A DNA stretch of 64,000 bases, taken from the NCBI GenBank assembly GCA_001643675.2, contig LSRY02000025.1:186001-250000 (forward strand), given 5' to 3'. A program made the translations under genes and the position numbers. This document shows positions 47,101 through 57,600 of this stretch, piece after piece. This stretch comes from Monocercomonoides exilis PA203. Its lineage: Eukaryota > Protista > Preaxostyla. The notes beneath the pieces are model-generated. The model searched no databases, was not told the origin of the DNA, and saw nothing but the letters and a program-made list of their open reading frames with translations. How positions within the stretch are numbered: position 1 is the first letter of the stretch; each line of letters opens with the position of its first letter.

Positions 47101-49781
47101 ATGCTAACACGACCGCTGGTTCTTCGTTGATTCAAACAGCAGATGATGTTGTTATCACTTTGTGTGATTTTGCCTTTGGCTCGGCCTTCCAATCGAAGCA
47201 TGTTTCTGTGTTCAATCAGATCAATGGAACGACTTCTATCACGCAGTGCTCATTCACTGGCGAAGTTGAAACAGCGACAATACATTCTGCACTGTTTAGT
47301 GTTCAAAAGGGAAGATTAGATATTTTAAAGACAAGCATCTCTTTGTTGACTGTTGGTGGTTCTCTCATAAGAACCGGACAAGAAGGAAATGCGCTTTTGA
47401 GCAACTCAACTGTTTCAAATATCAATGCAAATAATGGAATATTGGATGGCAAACAAGGAAATGCTTCTCTTGAGCGGGTGAACATCACAAATTGCAACTC
47501 AAATACCAGTGTTTTTGCCTTCTCATCACAATCTCGCAGTTCTTTGCTGAAAGTGAAAATTTCAACAATTGAGATCAAAGATGGGGCTGTTATTTTAATA
47601 AATGCAGACAAAAATCCTGATGATATTTCATCACATTCTTCATTTTCTGCTTTGCAATTGCCAAATGATGAAGCGACCAACCACGCGCTGACAATTAATA
47701 CTTTGACTGTTGAACACGTCAAAAGAACCACAAATGGTGCCTGTGTCATTTCTGCCTCTGGCGAATCAACTCTTCTTTCTTCCTCTTCTTCACTTTATTC
47801 TTCTCTTTCTGCTTCAACTCCGTTCACTTTGCAGTTTACGAATTGCTCTTTCATCGATTGCTATTCTCCATCCACAAAAGGCAGCATTGCTTCATTCTTC
47901 TCGTGTCCAGACATCCAACTGCGTGATTGTCTCTTTGACGGCTCAACAGTTTCAGCAGCAACAATGTCAAATATAAAGAATGCAAAAGTCAATGATGACA
48001 AGCACAAGCGAATTTCCAATGCTCAATTGGATGATCCTGAAATCTGCACATGGCAAGGTTCTCTTTTTCATTTGGAGCAGAGCAACGCTGTGATTGAAAT
48101 TGCCACTTTTGCCAACTCTGCAAAGGGCGGCCTTTCAATCGCAAAAAGCAATGCAACTCTTTCAAAGAGCGACTTCGAGGGAAACAAGCCGAACATCTTT
48201 GGCTTTGAATCAGTGAATCGGAACATTCATTGTGTTGGGCAGGAATCGATGCTGACTGTTGAAAATGTGGATGGCAGTGGCGATGAATCAGACGCAGCAA
48301 CATCGTCTTTGTGGATTCTGAACGAAGGATGCAAGATTTCTGGTGCAGCTGCTGACAGACAATCGCCTTTCTTCATTCCTTCACTGAAGAGGGCGACAAA
48401 CAGAACTGTTGGAGATAACCGTGAAATCACAGTGAGTGGTTCTCTGCTGATTCCGTGTGACCTGTCATTCAGGATTATTTACGACCACAGCTCATCGAGT
48501 GAGATTGTCAACCACGAATTCTCTTCGTTTGTATCAGAAACCGAAGCCATTGCAACTGTTCCAGAAGCAGAAATCGCAGAAAAGGGGGATAAGAGCGTGA
48601 TGTCAATTCAACTCGTATTCAACGAGAAAAATGGCGGAAATCCAAGCTATTCGACGATCCTCATGCTTCAGAATTTATCAAAGGACGACTCTTCTTCGTT
48701 AAACGATATTATTTCACAGTCTGATGCAGGTGGAAACTCAGCATGGATGATCGCATGCATTGTGTGTGCAGCTTTTCTCGTGCTGTTTGTTATTATGACA
48801 ATAATCCTGATTGTATTTCTTCGAAAGTTTTCAACATGTTCAGAAGAGAAAATCTTGGAAATGAAAGAAGATATTCAAAATTTAGAGGAAAAACTTAGTC
48901 GGACCAACAAAGTGAAAGACAGTCGCTTCCAAAAGGAAGAGATGCCATCAACTCTACTGGAAGGAATGACAAGCCAAATTCCTCTGCTTATTGAAGAAGA
49001 GCTTGAGGAATTACCTCCGCCTCCAGAATTAGAAGGATTTACAGGAGACGAAAGTGATTCTCCCGAACATTTGGATCAACCTTTCGCTTCCACCGTTGAA
49101 TCAGTCAAGCATTCAGCGGTTGAACAACAGATTAAAATGCTTTCAACAAAAAAACCATTTCGAGAAAGACAAATTAGCGATGCTCAAACATTGCATTCGA
49201 TTATTCATTCTGTTCAAGGAGATTTAACTCTGGGGACAAGATCGATGGATGTTGTGGATGAGAAGGAAACAGTACTTGCAGTTGCAAAGCTGTTTGCGCA
49301 TCTGCTTAAGACTGGAGATGAGCGTGTGCATATGATTGCAGCAAATCTGTGTCCATTCACAATTTTTATAGAAAAGAGGGAAAAAGGAGAAAATGAAGTG
49401 CTTGTAATGGAAGAGGAAATAGAAGATGAAATGATAAAGAATGCAATGAAGCGATGGAAAGCTCCAGAAATGAGTTATGGAAATGCAAACGATACTTTTG
49501 ATCAAGAAGCAGATGGAATAGAAAAATCAGTGGTGTTCACTCTTGGATTAACTCTCTATGAAATGATTGCTGGAGAGGAGCCTTTGAGCGAGTGTGATGC
49601 AGAAGAAGCACAGGAGATGATTAGAGACGGCGTTCGGCCACTGACAGAAGGAATTGAAGGAGAAGAAATGGTTGAGCTGATGGAGAAGATGTGGGCAGAT
49701 GAGCCAAATGACAGACCTTTTCTGGATGAAGTGATAACATCATTGGCAAGCTTGAGACAAAACAGAGAAGATGATAATTGA
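41172..49781 (+). CDS. Giant (2,869 aa) receptor-like membrane protein: beta-helix-like ectodomain, TM, degenerate C-terminal protein-kinase domain
   Basis: Hydrophobic N-terminus; many GGAI/GGAL/GGGI and CG..PC motifs; TM AWMIACIVCAAFLVLFVIMTIILIVFL; kinase C-lobe motifs RWKAPE, KSVVFTLGLTLYEMIAGEEPL, MWADEPNDRPFLDEV; no recognisable GxGxxG, HRD or DFG. Confidence 0.88.
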   Translation: MITNTNTNALILIFMLFFSIGKIILILLFFTCTNSCIQQLKTYLRSTKSLNGANNDYWIDWPVVPNTGSKVSAENRSFENVKGKRILIEVRDQQHSFTITNCSWTNINHNGKFIFGQNGNITIKDCKFNKITMNSDNPLIEVIGIRKVIIENTLFTETSRQSDGSVIIFDIGLTGSTLDITKCNFTNCKSTTGSGGAIAGIVGEGKLTITGCRFSECTSNKEGGAIYFKTRNLFENQFILKCLTFDSCSTNSDEGGHCLYITNWNRTKYPISVQNFASLKGVTDDPKSILITDENDAVDNSFSVSKIPSSKECIVAVYVDASGDDTDDGSEENPKKTLNGAVSALSEDDIVFVIHSVELTEEWKICGRKAEICPSETNTQTCVKISGTGSLANDEGAEANKMLIFSNLIFKWEASVTATSSFASISLGSLSFESCNFIFETAASSTTYSEAMFSLLDKGEGKNGGKLLFNKVSIAGLEWSSNTFIKTTTGQLALTNVEFDFTEKILQKSSFICCESGTQIFSMKNCKFEDVSIQIGSGAMKNSMTSPSSSSSLKAGTEVSNDASNSPFIAINAANSVSIEGCTFSSISSSSSLSGGALSITIPSSSSSPSHFLTIHNSTFSSCEASEANGRGGAVYLSLTGSSEIGANAIKFTQLIFSDNKAAKGTDVYVLYAQLKTCISGWDWSQTTKSEMSLNALYGSETSSPSSPSGTSNEFSLYSFFFPLTGNSVFVDSSHGVNEDEDDACGYSQWPCSTLLNAMNRLSENVNIVKIVSKLSVNAVVDLSEKSFSFQSSSSSSSKSSVGIAINSGFTCNTASDSDSVAFNNLIFNLPSEGTPSAVKALLTQSTGQITVSSCDFGVANAQTKKNCVVNLAVLTGGTFTLQQTNIQRMSFSSAQEGGVIQASSNAELSVIGSTFSSIVLGSDVLINSNECNSLSIEGSTFNDISSSSSTSSTGTVGFVKMTQGNAFSVKSSSFTKCSGSSGTASASLYLQLDDSIDPSTSADNPLHIEKLTFTKTTGQTGNKETLVFVDANNLKSAVSSSSFVFDTLPTDLNAMMGRERSTTNENLDIPLLVYLWSNFTSTGFVGNENGGDFSGCGFSEAPCKTINHILKLRFNTFTADNSVLKVKASSSVEKPLLLSSSNKKLSLESSEDESTVSVTDTDASNTQQCFFSVGMDFSISKITLSIPENLNNSRSSLLTCSAQTLSFQNSKIAMAQSVTNINYDVIVVEGAGCLNVDNLSMNNVYSASGKHFIVYRTTDESVASGVISFLTGSFTTNQGASEIILIEGKTKCEIKNATLSHESYSECSVIKVTSSKSLTINNNTFKQCRAISANGGAILIEESKATDFSSEITVNNCVFEECETFVSNGKGGAIYARPVASTKLIISSCSFKSCKAPAEPTVTGYGGGIYLDLAANSNNFVISSPTFGEGDKANAASFGKDLLASSASLKDSITEQTLPFAKQISIENVDSMKGFDGNDKDNAIPLVYFFHSYGDVPYVGEGGVDVVVCGFSTYPCKTVQKALGKIESAEKKQVFVMEGAKIDGELAIEDIEHLFIGNEVNQQAEPVPTKQNLIIVNGGTNANGLINVKVKCTFEYVSLNIPASFGYHASLIELSVPVSNLVLNNDDFVFSGECNTLIINALQGSVSIINCELINQALTSTILAISSSAVSGTIYNFQVDLNTVLNSPLIVFSPAPSPSPSASASNAQFSVENNRRTNNQCIVSITNSNFTNIGLSQNAGGCVISPKPQANFKAINCMINGTQFNICTSSSNTGGAILFNHPAPDGSLRIEECSFTQCSTSSENGRGGGLYLDCVPNKPPSQTESPKLNFYMRAVNFSMNNAKEGKDFFIFCNNINEQVTNALFSLDYSQSSFSDDKAFRGSDATETDVNLLSLIRFYRSEQIFVTSSDSLDNNTCGSVKSPCETVSEGVKHVDEGYARFLWILDEADMGGEAVTDDLTVRSRLKENCKIILSKEYANTTAGSSLIQTADDVVITLCDFAFGSAFQSKHVSVFNQINGTTSITQCSFTGEVETATIHSALFSVQKGRLDILKTSISLLTVGGSLIRTGQEGNALLSNSTVSNINANNGILDGKQGNASLERVNITNCNSNTSVFAFSSQSRSSLLKVKISTIEIKDGAVILINADKNPDDISSHSSFSALQLPNDEATNHALTINTLTVEHVKRTTNGACVISASGESTLLSSSSSLYSSLSASTPFTLQFTNCSFIDCYSPSTKGSIASFFSCPDIQLRDCLFDGSTVSAATMSNIKNAKVNDDKHKRISNAQLDDPEICTWQGSLFHLEQSNAVIEIATFANSAKGGLSIAKSNATLSKSDFEGNKPNIFGFESVNRNIHCVGQESMLTVENVDGSGDESDAATSSLWILNEGCKISGAAADRQSPFFIPSLKRATNRTVGDNREITVSGSLLIPCDLSFRIIYDHSSSSEIVNHEFSSFVSETEAIATVPEAEIAEKGDKSVMSIQLVFNEKNGGNPSYSTILMLQNLSKDDSSSLNDIISQSDAGGNSAWMIACIVCAAFLVLFVIMTIILIVFLRKFSTCSEEKILEMKEDIQNLEEKLSRTNKVKDSRFQKEEMPSTLLEGMTSQIPLLIEEELEELPPPPELEGFTGDESDSPEHLDQPFASTVESVKHSAVEQQIKMLSTKKPFRERQISDAQTLHSIIHSVQGDLTLGTRSMDVVDEKETVLAVAKLFAHLLKTGDERVHMIAANLCPFTIFIEKREKGENEVLVMEEEIEDEMIKNAMKRWKAPEMSYGNANDTFDQEADGIEKSVVFTLGLTLYEMIAGEEPLSECDAEEAQEMIRDGVRPLTEGIEGEEMVELMEKMWADEPNDRPFLDEVITSLASLRQNREDDN

Positions 49782-50503
49782 TTGGTATTTTGGTGATTAT
49801 TTCATTTTTCATTAATTATATTAAAAATGGATTTTTTGTATTTATTTATTTTTTAAAAGATGTGTCATATGAAATTGTCAGAGTAAATGTAACATTTCAT
49901 TATTTTTCACTATTTTCAGCAACTAATTTTTGTGAGTGGATTAATTTTTTTTTAAAAAATGATATGATTTGATTTTTTTAAATAAATATTACCTTATTTA
50001 TAAGAGAATTACATTTGCATGTTCAATATTACCTTTTTGTTGTATTCTTTTTTATAATTGTTCAATTGTACTTCATCCATTTTAACTTTCTAACTTCTTT
50101 TTCATTTAATATCAGACTTTTATTTGCATATTTCAAAAATCGTTATAAATTCGAAAAAGCAATTCTTTTTGAGCTCTTCTCCAAGTTATAGTATTAATAA
50201 TTTTTTATTTTTCTCCGAGAAGTAAGTAATCAATTTCAGTCTGTTTTTTCAGTTTGTTTTTTATCACATTTAAATTGAATTTCTTTTTTTCAAAAATATA
50301 GAAATAGCTTTTTCATGAAGGATACCATTTTTCATTCAACTTTTTTTCATCTTTCAGATATTATGTTTGATGAGCATAACGTCTCATTTGAGTAAAAATC
50401 AAATAATGCATTAAGAAATAACAGAAATGAATTCAATACAAATAATTCAATTGTTGAAAATTATAATTACAGAATAATTTTTTTCTGAAAATATAAAGTC
50501 TCC

Positions 50504-52041
50504 TTTTCCAATAAGCTTTGTCATTGTTGACAATTCTGACATTTTAACCTGTCAATTGTTTTATAAAAAAAAATAAACAATGGACTTCAAAGCCTATTTC
50601 AAAATTTGTCGCATTGTTTGGAAATTAATCAACCGGTTTGTTTATATGCTTATGTTAATTATGCATTGAGATATGGAGATTCTTTCTTTATAAAAAAAGA
50701 GACTGTAATAAGCCAACAATACTTTTTTTTTCAATTTTTGACATCATGTTTTTTAAAAAATAATAATATTCACTTTAACCAATTCGCGTTTTAAATCTCT
50801 TGTCTCATTATCACTTAATCAAGAGCATTAAATTTTTCAAATGTACGACTCTTTCTAAAAAATCACAATATTCATTATTTTCGAATCAACTTTTCTTTCA
50901 AATGTTTTGATGACTTTTGAAAGGCAATATAGGTAATTCTTTTTGAAAAATCGCAAATATTTAATTTTCTAATAAATTGAAATTTTCATAGTTTGCATAA
51001 ATTTTTGAAAGCATATACCAAACTTCACAAATATGGAATTTATTTCTGGATAATGCTGTTTCATTCATTCAAGCAAAGTTAAGTGAATGTTAATAAAAAT
51101 ATGAGCAAGAAATGAAATTTTTTATTCATTTGAAAATTAAATATGGGTGTTTATTTTTGAAATCATATTTTTTCAAACAAAATTTTCGGTTCAAAAATAT
51201 CTCTTTAATATCAATAAAAATAAAATGAAATAGAAAAGGCTTTTTCAACATATTTTTATCCATTATTAGGTTTAAACATTTGTATATAAAAACTATTTCT
51301 ATGCTTCTTCTTTTTTGAATAAAAAATCACTTTCAAAAAATCAACAATCTAAGAAAAATCAACACCCCGAAAAAAAATATGATTTCAAAAATAAACACCC
51401 ATATTTAATTTTCAAATGAATAAAAAATTTCATTTCTTGCTCATATTTTTATTAACATTCACTTAACTTTGCTTGAATGAATGAAACAGCATTATCCAGA
51501 AATAAATTCCATATTTGTGAAGTTTGGTATATGCTTTCAAAAATTTATGCAAACTATGAAAATTTCAATTTATTAGAAAATTAAATATTTGCGATTTTTC
51601 AAAAAGAATTACCTATATTGCCTTTCAAAAGTCATCAAAACATTTGAAAGAAAAGTTGATTCGAAAATAATGAATATTGTGATTTTTTAGAAAGAGTCGT
51701 ACATTTGAAAAATTTAATGCTCTTGATTAAGTGATAATGAGACAAGAGATTTAAAACGCGAATTGGTTAAAGTGAATATTATTATTTTTTAAAAAACATG
51801 ATGTCAAAAATTGAAAAAAAAAGTATTGTTGGCTTATTACAGTCTCTTTTTTTATAAAGAAAGAATCTCCATATCTCAATGCATAATTAACATAAGCATA
51901 TAAACAAACCGGTTGATTAATTTCCAAACAATGCGACAAATTTTGAAATAGGCTTTGAAGTCCATTGTTTATTTTTTTTTATAAAACAATTGACAGGTTA
52001 AAATGTCAGAATTGTCAACAATGACAAAGCTTATTGGAAAA
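50504..52041. repeat. Long inverted repeat (arms 50504-51173 and 51372-52041, 670 bp each; 198-bp spacer)
   Basis: Identical 62-aa ORFs on opposite strands (50606..50794 +, 51751..51939 -); arms are reverse complements with no mismatch noticed; abrupt ends, no TSD. Confidence 0.95.
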
Positions 52042-52272
52042 AAAAAATTCAAACGCAAACTTTCAAATTGAATAGAAGAAATGTTAAATTCTTTCTCTAT
52101 TTTCACAAATTTTAGTTTTTAAATATCAGAATATTTGAGATGATTGCTTAGAAATTGATTTTTAATTTCAAAAACAACTCTTTGTTAATTAAAAATAATA
52201 ATATTAAAGTAACCTTCTTGCTGAATAGATGAAATGCGAATAGAAAAAGCATAACAAATAAAACCACTTTGC

Positions 52273-53153
52273 CTATTTCATTACAACACTTTCATAAGTT
52301 GGAATCATATACTTTATATTGATAAATGCATCAGGTCCTAAAAAAATCAACCGAATAAAAATTCACATCAAACAGATTACAAATAGAATATTGAAAATTC
52401 AGCATTAAATAAAGAGAGTAATTCTAACCTCCGTTGATTTCAAAAAGTTCCAATGTTTCTTGTATTAAATCTCCCAAGTTCATTCGCTTTCTTTGACTAA
52501 ATTCCATAGAATCACCAAGATTTGCTAATATAAATATATAAACGCACAAATCAAATAAAGAGCACTCAATAAAACTTTTAAAAAAACAAACCATTTGAAG
52601 ATTTGAATAAATTAAACACTGGCAAGATTTGACGGTAATATGGAACAAGAGTTTCTCCGATCATACTTCCAGAAGTTACAAGCTTTTGTAGTACAATTAA
52701 TGTTCTGGAAATGATTTCCGGGTTACGAGTGTTTAAAGCAGTTTTAATCGGAATAATCAACTGTGGAATAACTGGAAGTATTTTCCCTCCACCTTTGTCA
52801 AGCATATCATTCACTCCTTGTAATGCAAGCATACGATATGGTTCTTCAGTTTCTCTCAATCCATCAAAGAAAATTGGCAAAAAATGATGATAGTCCAACT
52901 CTTCTGGGGCGTATTTCCATAAAATCGCTCCACCTGAAGCTTTATGCTCAACAGCAATAGGCAAATCACCTCTATCATAAAATCTCCTAAATTCAGTTGG
53001 AGGCATTTTTCTAATAGCCTTTGCCTTTGCCGGAGGAGGTCCTTTTGGAACATCTTTTGTTACAACTTTCTTTCCTTCTTTCAACGAAGAAGAAAGAGTC
53101 ACAGCACGCGTTGATCCTATAACAGGATCGAATGATGGGGATCTCATCGACAT
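52273..53153 (-). CDS. PACRG: Parkin co-regulated gene protein (axonemal inner-junction protein), 3 exons
   Basis: Hallmark [63 protein letters not shown] introns 52525-52591 and 52338-52428 restore [13 protein letters not shown]...[27 protein letters not shown]. Confidence 0.96.
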
Positions 53154-54515
53154 TTAAGATATATATCTCGATGAATGAAAATGTTATTCAATTTTTTAAC
53201 TCTCACCCTTTATACTTTTTTGAAAATATCGTGATTTTTCCATAAGTCTTTTAATCACACAATAACATCAAATAAGATGCATTTGAACAATAATAAGCAG
53301 AAAAAGTGTTTTTCGATAATACATATGGTTATGATCAAAATTGAGTATGTAGAATAATTTCATTTTCACTATAATAACAATTGAAAATTATTTTTCTCAT
53401 CACCAATTGCTATTTTAGTGAAAAAATTGAAGAAAAAAGCAAAAGATGGAGAAATGCATGAACTTTTCTGAATTATTTAGAGAGGAGTATTCAAACAAAT
53501 AAATGATTATTTTTCATGCTTTGTTTCCAATAACATAAAATTTTGAATGAAAGAAAAACAGAATGAAAAAAACAAAGCCTGCTCTGACTTTTATGAAACG
53601 AATCAATGCTATTTTCAATTTGTTAGTATACATCTCTCTCTTTCTCAACACATTAATTATAATTCTTTTTTCTTTTTGAAAGCATTTTTATCGCTAAGCT
53701 TAATGGCAAAAAAAATTTTTTTTCCAAAATTAATAAATTCTTTTTGAATTATTCGTTTTGAAAAGGTTACAGCAGCTTTGCTAATCTGAATGCATGCACA
53801 CAATAGGAAAAAAAATCAGAAAATGAAAATTTCATTGCTAAAACGTAAAAAAATGCACCTAAAGAAAAATTTAAATTACAGAAGCACTGCAAACGTTATT
53901 CAACACCCAAATACTCGCAGAAATAATGTATTTGGAAATCCATAATACAAATACACAAATCAAAAAATTACAAAACTGAAAAAAAAAAAAAAAAGAATTG
54001 AATTACAAATTTAAACATAAATTCCAAAGAAAAAAAGAAAATAAATAAATTCTTTTGCTCCCCTCAAATAACATTCAGGACTTTGGACAAAGATTCGAAA
54101 ATAACAATCATCTCTCATATGAACTAAAATACTATAAAAAATATAAAATCGAAAGAAAAACAAACACTTAAAGATTGAAAAGGATAAAAATCAATATTTT
54201 TACAAAGCTATAAACAATTCTATTGAAAAATCAAATGAAAAAATGAAAGAAAGAATAAGTGAAAAAAAAAAGATAACATTTCCTAACTTTTAAAAACAAA
54301 AATTTCAAAACATTTTCATAAAACATAAAACAAATTGATGAATTAGGAAAGGGAAAAAAAAAAAAAAAAGAAAAAGAAAAAGAAAAAAATTATCAACATA
54401 AACATCAATTTAATTCAATTCAAATACAAACATGAAAATAAAATATCAACATAAAAAGCAAAGGCGGAATTACATTCAAACACATTTCATACAAACACCA
54501 AATTAGAAAGGTTTA

Positions 54516-54560
54516 AAAAGAAAAGAAAAGAAAAGAAAAGAAAAGAAAAGAAAAGAAAAG
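54516..54560. repeat. (AAAAG)9 microsatellite
   Basis: Tandem pentamer downstream of the permease gene. Confidence 0.9.
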
Positions 54561-54683
54561 AAAAAAATTAAGAAAGGAAGCAAAAAGAAAACCTCTTAAC
54601 ATTTACCTCCAACTAAATAAATAAAGAAAAAAAAATGACCCAATTATCATTTGACTAATACGTCTCCATATGTCGCTGCTCTA

Positions 54684-57600
54684 TCACAGCGATCTCATGC
54701 AATCTGCAATCTGAAGCTGTCCCAGATACGCCAGTGGAGTGGAAGTTGACATATAACCCAACAGCACAGAGATCAACACAAACGCAATCAGCGTGATATA
54801 AGGGAAATAGAAAGAAGTAACATCCAAAAACAGCATTTTCATCATCTGAGAAGATAGCATATACGACAAAATCATCCCTGAGATCACCCCCATCACCGCT
54901 GCTGTCATCACCAGGATAAACGCCTCTTCAATATACACCCGCCGCACCTGGAATTTAGATAAACCCATCGACCGCATCATCCCGTAGTCCCTTATGGATG
55001 ACAGCACATTTGATGTCATCGCAGCTACCAATGAACATTCCCCAAGAAAACTGATCAGAACCGCCAGGAGCGAAAACGAGACTTGCATCAAAGTGATGAT
55101 TAGATTCAGAGTTTTGTCAAATTTCTTTTTCGACCACACATCCACATGCAAATTGGGGTTGTTTCCTTCACCTGTGCTAAACTCTGCAATTGCAGATGCT
55201 TCATCATAACTCAAAGATGACTCGATTCCAAACAGCTTTCCAAGCCAACTGCTTCTGAACACGTCAAACAACGAAGCAACTCCATTCCTCTCTTTCTTCT
55301 CATTCAACATGAAACTTTCAAAATCTGAATGAAACATTATTGTGTCATTTGCATCACTATTTCCATGTGAATCAATGAATTCAATCGGATCAGCCGTAAA
55401 TCCATTCACAGCAGCTGATAAAAACGACGATGAAAGAGAACTTGTCACATTCGTCTTATTTCTACTCAAAAATATATTCTCCAGGCTGTCAATTCTCGAA
55501 GATGATGCTCCCTTTTTGTATTTCACTTTGATGTCTGAAATGCACATGTCATCAAATGCAGGGGAGGAAAACGCACCATTAATGCTAGAAATAGCTTCAG
55601 ACATCACAGGAAATGAAACAGGCAGCTGGCGCTGTGGTGACATTGTCCCGATTTCGACGCTCACAGCTGGGACATATTTCGCAACTGCTCCGATTGTTAT
55701 GTTTTGGAATATCGATGACACGGAAACAACATCTGATCCTGTTTTTGTCACTTCATTCTCTTTTCCCCCTGCCTCACTTTCTTCTTCATTGAAAAGTGTG
55801 TTCGAGTAGAAATGTTGATAATATGCTGCATTTGTGCTCAGATTCTTCTTCAGCACAAACCTGTCCCCTAAACCAGCCCCTTGCTGCTTCTGGAAGTCCC
55901 TCGACACAACACCTATCGGAGCATCGAAGTAGCTCGCATACATTTGCTTGATTACATCATCTCCTGTCATCTCCTTTCTATCATTCAGCGACTCCCCCAC
56001 ACGCCACGTGCTCTCAAACGTGGCAGCTTTGAAGTTCGGGGGCAATGCCACAAGATCATACGAACTCTGATGCGACCTCCCTCTGTTCGTAAGCATCACC
56101 GTCGCATCTCTTCCTCCCTGCTGTTCCGACAGAGGGCAGCTTGTATACCCCACAGCCTCCACCACATCGCTGTACTCATTCAACACTGATATCAACTCCT
56201 CTGCATCTTGAATTCTGAACCCCATCGAACTGACGTTCGCTGTGAATAGTGGGGGAGGGAAAAACACCGACCCGTTCCAGTTCTCGTACTTCTGGTACAT
56301 CAAAGCCGGGATCTGCGAAACCGCCTTTAAGTTCAAGTCACACCCAAACATCTGATATTCACTCGCACGCATAGACTCAATCACAGTGTTTGAAAGCACA
56401 TCCATGAAAAACACGAAGCACAAGATCAGCGCAAACATCAGCGTCGTCCCTCTGTTCCGCAGCCGGTGTTTGCTCATGTTCCTCTGCGCCATCGTTCTCA
56501 CTGCAGACTTCTCCCAAAAGAGCAGCACAGTTGACACGATTAACTCAAACACATACTCGAAGTTCATACACAGCAGCACCAGCGCAACCATGATGCATAT
56601 CACCAGCACCACCAAAATGACCATCATCACCAAGTTATTCCCCGACACCAGCGAATATGGGAACAGAACATAAATCGCCCCGCCAAACACAGTCAGAATC
56701 ACTCCATCCACAAGCAGAGTGAGAGATGAATTCACAGAGTCACTCCGTTCGATGGTGACAAGAACAGCAGATGCATTTGTGTGCTGCACATCGATCGAGT
56801 CGTGCAGATTCATCGACAGCGCTGTGCGGATTGGGAAGAACGAGGCAACAAGAGTCGCACCGATCACAACTAAGACCGTAACAATCACAGACCACGGAGA
56901 CAGTTTCCAGCTTATCGTCAAGTCAGCCATTTTTTTGAACAGCGCCATCACCCCTACGTTTATCCCTTGTGCTCCAGCAACCCCAAAAACAACCCCTGGC
57001 ACGGCAAACATCAGCCCTTGTATCACAACCAGCATCGCCACTCCGCACCGTCCCATGCCATGCACCCGCATCATCCCCAGCTCGTATGCCCGCCCTTCGA
57101 CAGACCGCTGGATCTGTGAGTAGATAATCAGCACAGTTATCACCATCACCATCACAATCAGCATCCCTGCTGAGATGAGGCTCATTGAGTCTTGTGAGGA
57201 GCTCTTTGTCACCAGAGGGGATAAAACTGCGTCGAGATCACTGAAACAAAGGGCGTACATGACATTCATCGACCAGGAGTTGAGTTGGCTGAAAAGGAAT
57301 GAATAGAATTTTCACATTAAAAATTTTAATAAAAAAATATAAAAATAAGATAAATAAAGAAAATACAATAAAATACAATAAAATACAATAAAATACAATA
57401 AAATACAATAAAATACAATAAAATACAATAAAAACGAAAAAAATATAAAATAAAAATGAGCCATTTTGAAAATCCATCAATGAAATAACAATCACTACAC
57501 ACTTGTAAATAGCGTTTGTATCTGCCTGTAAATATGTCTTGTTTTTAGGCACCTGATAAGTGCATGCAAGTTGAGTGGCATATTCATTCAATTTAGCCTC

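Noticed and set aside
54684-57269. Bacterial contamination suggested by the FtsX-type permease
   Set aside because: The gene has spliceosomal introns, one with a minisatellite, and is flanked by PACRG and a ubiquitin-like gene.
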